Assembly (NCBI GenBank): GCA_965214795.1
Contig: OZ243976.1
Location: forward strand, 4,673,783 to 4,737,782
DNA: 64,000 nucleotides
DNA from: Gammaproteobacteria bacterium
Lineage (GTDB): Bacteria; Pseudomonadota; Gammaproteobacteria; HK1
Reading direction: 5' to 3'
Shown here piece after piece: positions 10,177 through 17,190 of the stretch. The notes under the pieces are model-generated. The model was not told the origin of the DNA, did not search any database, and worked only from the letters and a program-made list of their open reading frames with translations. Both the position numbers and the translations under genes were made by a program. Numbering within the stretch: the stretch's first letter is position 1; every line of letters starts with the position of its first letter.

Positions 10177-10614
10177 ATGAACGTCCACGACATCGACGAA
10201 GAGGAGGAGATCACCGCCGGGGCGATTGCGAGCGGCGAGGACGCCTCGCGTTTCGACGAGCGGCCGAGCCCCCGCTCGGGCGAGGGCGACGATCCGCTCG
10301 CGCTCTTTCTCGGCACGAGCGGCGACACGGAGGGTGACACGGAGCAGGCATCGAGCGGGGCGAACGAACTCCCGCCGCCGAAATCCCTGTTCGAGAACGA
10401 TCTTCGCTACTGCGAAGCCGCCCTCCACTACTTGGACTGGATCCAGGACACCATGACGACGGAGCGCGAGCCGTGGCTCAGGCTCATCTGCGCGATGGTT
10501 GGGGAGGGTGATGGACAGGCGATATATATGGTGAATATACACCGAATCCGTTACGGTCACCGCGCTCTATCAGCTACGGGAGTGAAGCTATGCCCGGACC
10601 GGCACGAAAGGTGA
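10177..10614 (+). CDS. Hypothetical acidic protein
   Basis: 145-aa ORF. The first ~100 codons have G/C almost exclusively at third positions, which favours this frame over the antisense ORF 9787..10560. No recognisable motif. The 3-prime end overlaps vapB and an AT-rich patch. Confidence 0.35.
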   Translation: MNVHDIDEEEEITAGAIASGEDASRFDERPSPRSGEGDDPLALFLGTSGDTEGDTEQASSGANELPPPKSLFENDLRYCEAALHYLDWIQDTMTTEREPWLRLICAMVGEGDGQAIYMVNIHRIRYGHRALSATGVKLCPDRHER

Positions 10615-10889
10615 AGGCGGACACATCGCCGGGACGCGATTCCCGCAAGTTCGCGCGCGTATTCATGAACGGGCGGTCGCAAGCGGTGAGGCTCCCGAAG
10701 GAGTTCCGATTCGATACGGACCGCGTGCTTGTTCGGCGCGAGGGTCGGAACGTAATCTTGAGCCCCATGTTCAAGGACTGGGATGACTACTTCCGGAACT
10801 CCACCCCGTTGTCGGATGACTTCGAGGCCGCAACACCCGAGATGCGCAAGGGCGAATTGCCCCTTGAAGAGCGGGAACCATTCGATTGA
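10590..10889 (+). CDS. vapB: VapB-type antitoxin (AbrB/SpoVT fold)
   Basis: VFMNGRSQAVRLPKEFRFDTDRVLVRREGRNVILSP is the canonical VapB N-terminus. The stop overlaps the vapC start. The true start may be the GTG at about 10611. Confidence 0.8.
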   Translation: MPGPARKVKADTSPGRDSRKFARVFMNGRSQAVRLPKEFRFDTDRVLVRREGRNVILSPMFKDWDDYFRNSTPLSDDFEAATPEMRKGELPLEEREPFD

Positions 10890-11284
10890 GAGCCATGCTC
10901 GACACGAACACCTGCATCTACGCGATGAAGCGGGTCACAGGATTCAAGGAGAGACTTCCCCTCCACAACTGCGGCATCTCGATCGTCGTGCTGGGAGAAC
11001 TGGAGTGGGGCGCATGGCTTTCCGGTCGCATGGACCAAAGCCTCGCCGCCATAAGAGATTTCGTCGGTTCTGTTCAGGTTGTCGATCCGGACGCGGAAGT
11101 CGCGCGGCAATACGGCCAGCTCCGCGCCCACCTGCGCTCGATCGACCAGCCGATCGGCCCGAACGATCTCTGGATTGCCGCTCACGCCTTGGCCCGCGAC
11201 GTGCCGCTGATTACCCACAACCTCTCCGAGTTCCGGCGCGTGCCGGGCCTGTCCGTCGATACCTGGATGACCGGAGCGGGTTGA
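10886..11284 (+). CDS. vapC: VapC PIN-domain toxin
   Basis: MLDTNTCIYAMK...ISIVVLGELEWGA...PIGPNDLWIAAHALARDVPLITHNLSEFRRV carries the PIN acidic residues in the expected spacing. Confidence 0.85.
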   Translation: MRAMLDTNTCIYAMKRVTGFKERLPLHNCGISIVVLGELEWGAWLSGRMDQSLAAIRDFVGSVQVVDPDAEVARQYGQLRAHLRSIDQPIGPNDLWIAAHALARDVPLITHNLSEFRRVPGLSVDTWMTGAG

Positions 11285-11288
11285 GGGC

Positions 11289-11740
11289 ATGGCCGACACC
11301 GCGGCGACCTTCGCCGGCATCCACAACGAGAACGAGTTCTACAGCCAACATTACCTCTCCGAGATCTTCACCGGGGACATCCGGGACACCCTCGCCCGAT
11401 GGCGCGACGCCACCGAAGCGGCGGGCGGGGCGAGTACCGGAGCGCGGACCCCGAACGAGGCCCTCCGAGCCCTCGCCCGCGACTACCTCCAGTTCCGCCG
11501 CCGTTCGCGCGCGAGCGCCGGCACGCGGCGCGCGTCGGGCAGCAGCGGCGGTGGTTCGGCCAACTCCTCGGCGCCCTCGGCTACGAGCACGAACCCCACG
11601 GCCACGTCCTCGACGACGGCGACGAAGTGCTGGTCCTCTTCGCCGGGCACACGCTCCGGATCGACCTTGAGGGCCTGCTCATGAATCGCGCCCACGCCCT
11701 GTTCCCGATGCCCAGCGAGGCGGCCCGATGGGCAGCACGA
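11289..11740 (+). pseudogene. Frameshifted N-terminal remnant (~150 codons) of a large restriction/methylase-type gene
   Basis: MADTAATFAGIHNENEFYSQHYLSEIFTGDIRDTLARWRDATEAAG...ALARDYLQFRRR reads like a genuine N-terminus. At about 11500 the sense continues in another frame (RERRHAARVGQQRRWFGQLLGALGYEHEPHGHVLDDGDEVLVLFAGHTLRIDLEGLL). It then stops just before the next gene. Confidence 0.45.
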
Positions 11741-11789
11741 GGCGATGGTGCTAGGCTGTGCCGCGGACAGGGCGAGTCGGGAGACGCTC

Positions 11790-12668
11790 ATGTGCGACGA
11801 GAGAACAATCCGCGACGCGGACGACTACCTGCGTCGCTCGGGAAACCTGACCCGGCGCGAGTTCGGGGCGCTGTCGGTTGGAACGGGGCTGGCCATGCTC
11901 TTGCCGCGGGCCGCGAACGCCTTGGCGGTGACAGCCGCGGACGTGGAAGTTTCGACCCCGGACGGCGCCGCGGACTGTCACTTCGTGCACCCGTCGAGCG
12001 GCACCCATCCAGGGGTGCTGATCTGGCCGGATGCGCTCGGCCTGCGGCCCGCCTTCGAGCAGATGGGGAGGCGGCTGGCCGAATCGGGATACTCGGTGCT
12101 GGTCGTCAATCCCTACTACCGCACCGTGCGGGCGCCGGTCATGGCCGAGGGCGCCTCGTTCCGGGACGAAGCGACGCGCAAAACGATCTTTCCCCTGATG
12201 CGCTCGTTGAGCGCCGAGACCAATGTAACGGACGCGAGGGCCTTCATCGGCTTCCTGGACGGTCAAAGCGCCGTGGACGGCGACAGGAAGATGGGGACGA
12301 TGGGATACTGCATGGGCGGCTCCATGACCATGCGCACCGCGGCGGCCCTCCCCGAGCGGATCGGCGCGGGCGCATCGTTCCATGGCGGCCGGCTCGTGAC
12401 CGACGCCCCCGACAGCCCCCATCTGCTCGTGGGCAAGATGCAGGCGAACTATCTCTTCGCGATCGCCGAGAACGACGACCGGAAGGACCCGGAGGCCAAG
12501 AACGTGCTGCGCGAGGCCTTCGCCGCCGCCGAGCTGCCGGCAGAGATCGAGGTCTACGAGGGCACGCTCCACGGCTGGTGTCCGCCCGATTCCGCCGTCT
12601 ACCACGAGGCGCAGGCGGAACGGGCCTGGAGTCGACTGCTGGCCCTGTTCGAGACCGCCTTGGCCTGA
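11790..12668 (+). CDS. Dienelactone hydrolase family protein with a Tat-type signal
   Basis: The start MCDERT (ATG 11790) follows GGGAGA. Twin-arginine motif LTRREFGALSVGTGLAMLL. Nucleophile elbow GTMGYCMGG and C-terminal YEGTLHGW. Confidence 0.8.
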   Translation: MCDERTIRDADDYLRRSGNLTRREFGALSVGTGLAMLLPRAANALAVTAADVEVSTPDGAADCHFVHPSSGTHPGVLIWPDALGLRPAFEQMGRRLAESGYSVLVVNPYYRTVRAPVMAEGASFRDEATRKTIFPLMRSLSAETNVTDARAFIGFLDGQSAVDGDRKMGTMGYCMGGSMTMRTAAALPERIGAGASFHGGRLVTDAPDSPHLLVGKMQANYLFAIAENDDRKDPEAKNVLREAFAAAELPAEIEVYEGTLHGWCPPDSAVYHEAQAERAWSRLLALFETALA

Positions 12669-12973
12669 GCGGATGGGGGCGCCTCCATCCGGTTCAGCCC
12701 CATCCGGATCGCGGCGAAGGACCCCGGCCGCGCTTCCACATGGTGTTCCGGCTGCCGCGCAACAATCCGGGTGAAAGGACCGAGAGGAGGTGCGGCCGCG
12801 CCGCGTATCGGGTATTCCCTCGCGAGGACATCGCCGAGTCCGGTCGGCCGGACCATTGTCGAGGGGCGGCCTCGACGGGGGATCAAGGGTCGATGGTGCG
12901 GGCGAAGAAGGCGTCGAGGAGGCGGCGGGCGGGGCCGCGCGGCCAGCCCACACTCCATCTTCGGGTCGGGAAG

Positions 12974-13105
12974 CAGCAATTCTCATTTTGCTCGTCGGGT
13001 CCCGCCGCAGGGCCGGCACGACCGTCGATCCGCCCCGGATCGAGTCGCCAGGAGAAGACGGCTTGCGGATCAGGGTGAAGTCAGGCGCCAAAATGAGAAT
13101 TGCTG
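12974..13105 (+). mobile_element. MITE-A copy 1 (132 bp)
   Basis: Perfect 17-bp terminal inverted repeats CAGCAATTCTCATTTTG / CAAAATGAGAATTGCTG. Flanked by the direct 9-bp duplication GTCGGGAAG (12965-12973 and 13106-13114). Confidence 0.85.
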
Positions 13106-13117
13106 GTCGGGAAGCAA

Positions 13118-13271
13118 GGCTGATTTTTGTTCAGAACACCCTCAATAAATTCAACATCTTACCGTGATCTTCAGGACAAGCGCGGATCGGACGTTCAAAT
13201 TCTGAAATCCTTGAGAAATCAACGAATTGGCCGTGAAAGCAGTCGAGCTTCAACGCGAACAAAAATCAGCC
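13118..13271. mobile_element. Second inverted-repeat element (154 bp, AT-rich), MITE-like
   Basis: Perfect 15-bp inverted repeats GGCTGATTTTTGTTC (13118-13132) and GAACAAAAATCAGCC (13257-13271). Bracketed by further copies of GGTCGGGAAG. Confidence 0.6.
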
Positions 13272-13342
13272 CTGGGTCGGGAAGCCATTCACTCGCGAGA
13301 CCGCGTGTAGAATCGCTTCATGGTTGGTCCCAGGGTCGGAGA

Positions 13343-13741
13343 GTGAGGCACCATCGACGCAAACGTCGTGCGATAAGCCCGTGGAGCTCGGAGGAATCGC
13401 CCCGGTCGGTAGCTTCGAAGGCGAACTACGTAGGAAGCGCCGAGCACAAGACCTACCCCAGCCACGCCGGTCCTCCTGCTCTCCGTTCGGATGCTACGCC
13501 TTGTGACCCGCAGATCTCGCTCAAGGAAATACAAGATGTTCTCGAACAGGCAATCAGTCGAGGCTGCGTCAGCGCGGCGTTCGAGCAAGGCTTTCCAAAG
13601 TACGTCTGGGGGTGGATACGGGGACAACTCTACGAAGCACGACACATCAACGGCCCGGCTGGAGCCTGCAAGGGATACTCGATTCAAGAGATAGAATACC
13701 CTCGAGATCTGGAGAAACGACTTGAGTGGGAGAATCCATAG
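13343..13741 (+). CDS. Small hypothetical protein (start uncertain)
   Basis: The 3-prime part of ORF 13127..13741 (the 5-prime part runs through the MITE-like element). Coding-looking segment ...SAEHKTYPSHAGPPALRSDATPCDPQISLKEIQDVLEQAISRGCVSAAFEQGFPKYVWGWIRGQLYEARHINGPAGACKGYSIQEIEYP. Candidate GTG start at 13343. The stop TAG abuts the GTG of the next gene. Confidence 0.45.
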   Translation: MRHHRRKRRAISPWSSEESPRSVASKANYVGSAEHKTYPSHAGPPALRSDATPCDPQISLKEIQDVLEQAISRGCVSAAFEQGFPKYVWGWIRGQLYEARHINGPAGACKGYSIQEIEYPRDLEKRLEWENP

Positions 13742-15073
13742 GTGCTCCATTTCGGCGTTGAATGGCACGATGCTCCTGGCGTAAGAGACCGGCTTCTCGC
13801 CCGAACTTGGTGCCGTCTGATCATCGAGGCAGACGGACGGCTCGTGACGGAAGTCCTTGACGATCGCTCCCGCAGCTTGCGGGGCGGCGTCTACGGCTCC
13901 GTTTTTCCTCTGAGCCAGTGGATCGTGGAGAACTGGTGGTTCCTGTTGAACGAGTCGTATCGATTCCCTGCCGCTTACAGCTCTCACGAGCTTGCGCGAA
14001 CACTTGGCGACCGCGCCTGGATTCAACGGCATAGCATGCTGGCCGCCCGGCAGGGCGGCGCATTGCCCGATTTGACGTTCTACCGGGATGAAGAGTCCGT
14101 GGTGGCCAGGTGGATGCGAGACGGCGACCATTCCACGCATCCCTTCCTGCGTTTCACGAACTCTGGCGAGGCTCGGATGGCCCCGATAGATGTGGAGCGT
14201 GGGTTCACTGAATTGGTCAACCAGGTTCTGGACCGGCTTGACGAGCTGGAAGATCCCGAGGCCGCAATGCTTCGGGAGGAATGGGCAGGGCTCTCGAAGT
14301 CGATGAACGAAGACCGAAAGATCTGTGAATGGTCGGCTCGCCTCGGTCTCGATCCCCACGACCCGGATGAACTCACCGACGAACAGGCTGAGATAATCAC
14401 CGCCCTCATATCTCCGCTTGAGGACTCGGTAAGAGAGGACCTGCTCGACGCGGAGCACTTCCGGAGCCTGCAAGCAGACCTCGAATGGTTGGATCAAGCT
14501 CGGTCAAGGGCAGCGGACGCCGGCAGACCCGCGGGTCCCGAGCCCGCCCTGTCGAATATCGAAGGCAGGACCGCCCACGAGCTCGGGTACAAATGCGCGA
14601 CCGCCCTCCGGCACCACCTCTGGCCGGCAGATGGGTACGAGCCCGTTCGGGAGATGGACGACGTCCTGCATCGCCTTGGCTGGGCGGAGTCCCCTTCCCG
14701 GACGATGGACTCCCGCCCGGCCGGCCCCCTGAAGGTCGCGCTTGAGCAAAGTGATCAAGGCGCTTGGGTCGCCTTGGTTCCGGCGGGCAATGCAGCCAGC
14801 GAGCGATTCAGTCTTGGAAGGTCGATCTTTCTCAGACATTTCGGCCGGAGCGGATGCAAACGCCGGCTGGTAACGGAGGGTCATACCCGGGAGCAGCGTG
14901 CCTCCCGCGCATTCGCCGCAGAGTTCCTTGCCCCAGCGGCAGGCCTGTCGCGGCACCTCGGGGAGCGAGTCCCGCATGATGAGATAGACGATCTGGCCGG
15001 CCACTACCAAGTCAGCCCCTCGGTAATCGTCCATCAGATTCAGAATCACCGCCTTGGATGGATCAGCGCATAG
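13742..15073 (+). CDS. Hypothetical protein with a C-terminal ImmA/IrrE-like (DUF955-type) region lacking an obvious HEXXH
   Basis: 443-aa ORF with a GTG start. The C-terminus ASRAFAAEFLAPAAGLSRHLG...LAGHYQVSPSVIVHQIQNHRL matches the conserved post-HEXXH part of ImmA/IrrE peptidases. Where HEXXH is expected the sequence is RFSLGRSIFLRHF. Confidence 0.65.
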   Translation: MLHFGVEWHDAPGVRDRLLARTWCRLIIEADGRLVTEVLDDRSRSLRGGVYGSVFPLSQWIVENWWFLLNESYRFPAAYSSHELARTLGDRAWIQRHSMLAARQGGALPDLTFYRDEESVVARWMRDGDHSTHPFLRFTNSGEARMAPIDVERGFTELVNQVLDRLDELEDPEAAMLREEWAGLSKSMNEDRKICEWSARLGLDPHDPDELTDEQAEIITALISPLEDSVREDLLDAEHFRSLQADLEWLDQARSRAADAGRPAGPEPALSNIEGRTAHELGYKCATALRHHLWPADGYEPVREMDDVLHRLGWAESPSRTMDSRPAGPLKVALEQSDQGAWVALVPAGNAASERFSLGRSIFLRHFGRSGCKRRLVTEGHTREQRASRAFAAEFLAPAAGLSRHLGERVPHDEIDDLAGHYQVSPSVIVHQIQNHRLGWISA

Positions 15074-15149
15074 ACGCCGTTCCCAGTCGGAATGATGCAC
15101 CGAGAAACAAATATGAGATACTGCCGTTGCTCCGCCCTTGTCTTAGCAT

Positions 15150-15170
15150 CTCAAGTTTCGGGGTTCAAAA
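15150..15170 (+). repeat. Solo copy of the arm of the nrdJ-leader palindromic element
   Basis: CTCAAGTTTCGGGGTTCAAAA matches CTCAAGTTTCGGGGTTTAAAA (reverse complement of 28645-28665) and CTCAAGTTTCGGGATTCAT (28491-28509). Confidence 0.5.
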
Positions 15171-15319
15171 ACGGTTGCGGCATCGGGGTTTTGTAGATCG
15201 ATCCATCGTGTTCCAATTGTACGGTCAACTCATCCGGTTAAAGACTTTGCACCAGCAAATCGTGTATTCGATCATCAACCGTCTGCTTCAGATCCTCTAC
15301 CGAACAACCCGACTTCCTC

Positions 15320-15706
15320 TCAACACCCCGTAGCGTTCCGGAAATTATCGCACGGAATATCCGCCACAATCGACCTGCAAAGCTCAGGGTGTTCATCCGG
15401 TCTTGCAAACGATCGCGAACCTCGCCGACACGAGCCCGGCGGGAGCTTGTAACGGATCGTCAGAGAGGCTCCCCTGTCGCTGTCTGGCTGATAAATTACG
15501 TCAGCGTTGCCCATTCTGTGCTCTTCCCACATGACCGCACAGCAAGAGGGCATTGCAGCAGCAGGCTCGCCAGACTTGGGCGGATAGCCACCGAGAGCTC
15601 GGCGAAGTTCGCCGGCATTTATCTCAACATGCCGGCGACCCTGTTGCTTGGCACGCCTGATCTGCGCCCGCAGTTCCGCTCTGAATTCATCTGCAGGTGG
15701 TGGCAT
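15320..15706 (-). CDS. Hypothetical protein
   Basis: The internal start MPPPADEFRAELRAQIRRAKQQGRRHVEINAGELRRALGGYPPKSGEPAAAMPSCCAVMW at ATG 15706-15704 follows GGAGGA. No family I can name with confidence. Confidence 0.55.
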   Translation of the reverse strand: MPPPADEFRAELRAQIRRAKQQGRRHVEINAGELRRALGGYPPKSGEPAAAMPSCCAVMWEEHRMGNADVIYQPDSDRGASLTIRYKLPPGSCRRGSRSFARPDEHPELCRSIVADIPCDNFRNATGC

Positions 15707-15854
15707 CAAGAATCCTCCCCATGAGACCCGCCCAACAGGTCTCCTCCTCACCACGGGACAGCCCGCCGAACCCTTCATCCCCATCGTACGCGCCGATGGG
15801 ATACAGAGAAAAGCTGCTGCTTACGGGACGGGGAACGGTGCTGACGTGGTGGGG

Positions 15855-16811
15855 TCAGGGAGCGGGGGAGGGAGCGAAGAAGGCGGCGAGGAGACGGCGC
15901 GCGGCGGCGGGCGGGGCGGTGCGCCCGGCCCGCACGTCGTCTTCGAGGCGGTCCGCGAGGGGCTTCAGGCGCGGGTCCTCCCACAGCCGTTCGCGCACCG
16001 CGGCTTCGATCTCCTCGCGGAGCCACTCCTCGGCCTGGGCGGTGCGCCGCGCCGCCCAGTCGCCGGACGCCTCCAACGCGGCGCGGCACGCCAGGGTCCG
16101 CTCCCACGCTTCGGTGATGCCGGTCCCGGTGAGGGCCGAGCAGGCCCCGACCGTGGGCTTCCACGCCGGGGTGCGCGGACGCATCAGGTGGAGCGCGTTC
16201 CGATACTCGGCCACCGTCCGGCCGGCCGGGTCGGCCTGAGCGCCGTCCGCCTTGTTCACCAGCACGAGGTCGGCGAGCTCCATCACCCCCCGCTTGATGC
16301 CCTGGAGCTCGTCGCCGGCGAGCGGGGCGAGGAGCAGCACGAAGAGGTCGGTCATCCCGGCCACCGCGGTCTCCGACTGACCGACTCCGACCGTCTCCAC
16401 CACGACCACGTCGAAGCCCGCCGCCTCGCAGAGCACGATGGCCTCGCGCGTGCGGCGAGCGACCCCGCCGAGGGTGCGACCGGCCGGGGTCGGTCGGATG
16501 AACGCCTCCGGATGCTGCGAGAGCTCCGTCATGCGGGTCTTGTCGCCGAGGATCGAGCCGCCCGCGAGCCGCGACGACGGGTCGATGGTGAGCACCGCGA
16601 CGCGGCGGCCGGTCTCGACCGCTCGCAGGCCGAACGCCTCGATGAAGGTGGACTTGCCGACGCCGGGGGACCCCGATATCCCGATGCGCACCGTGCCGGC
16701 CGGGGCCGGGAGAGCGTCGAGCAGGCCGAGCGCCTCGCTCCGGTCGGTGGGCCGGTCGGACTCGACGAGGGTGATCGCCTTCGCAAGGGCGCGTACCTCG
16801 CCCGCTCGCAC
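15855..16811 (-). CDS. meaB: Methylmalonyl-CoA mutase-associated G3E GTPase MeaB/ArgK
   Basis: 318 aa. P-loop GISGSPGVGKSTF, VETVGVGQSE, LVNKADG. The frame stays open upstream (…ALADRV), so the true start may lie 5-prime of the GTG at 16811. Confidence 0.9.
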   Translation of the reverse strand: MRAGEVRALAKAITLVESDRPTDRSEALGLLDALPAPAGTVRIGISGSPGVGKSTFIEAFGLRAVETGRRVAVLTIDPSSRLAGGSILGDKTRMTELSQHPEAFIRPTPAGRTLGGVARRTREAIVLCEAAGFDVVVVETVGVGQSETAVAGMTDLFVLLLAPLAGDELQGIKRGVMELADLVLVNKADGAQADPAGRTVAEYRNALHLMRPRTPAWKPTVGACSALTGTGITEAWERTLACRAALEASGDWAARRTAQAEEWLREEIEAAVRERLWEDPRLKPLADRLEDDVRAGRTAPPAAARRLLAAFFAPSPAP

Positions 16812-17030
16812 CCGATCGGCAAGGGCGGCGGCGCTCGGCGAGGGGGCCGCGGGCGGCTCTTGTCTCGCGTCAATCGCTCCGGCTCCGCAAGGACCGCAGC
16901 CACCGTCCCGCGCCCGGCACGCGGCACCCGACCGCTCGGCCGGTCGACCGCCCGTTCACCGTCACCGCACTCGCATCGAGGGACGAATGGAGCCGCGCAC
17001 CGCCGCCGCCGCGGAAACCGAGGCTCGCGG

Positions 17031-17190
17031 ATCCCCGGTCACAGCGCGCCATCGCGCGGCCACAGCGCCGCGCCGGACCCTGGTCACGGCGTAACGCCAT
17101 CCCCCGGTCACAGCGCCGTGCCATTCCCCGGTCGTGGCGCCGCACCGCTCCCCGATCACGGCGCCTCGCCGACCCCCGGTCACGGCGCTT
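17031..17190. repeat. Seven tandem units of ~24 bp (core GGTCACGGCGC)
   Basis: Core starts at 17037, 17058, 17082, 17106, 17130, 17154 and 17178. The spacings are 21, then 24 five times. The last unit contains the pccA stop codon (17180-17182). Confidence 0.8.

Noticed and set aside
9787-10560. 257-aa minus-strand ORF between dadA and vapB
   Set aside because: It overlaps the dadA 3-prime end by about 300 nt. Third-position GC favours the plus-strand ORF 10177..10614 in the non-overlapping part.
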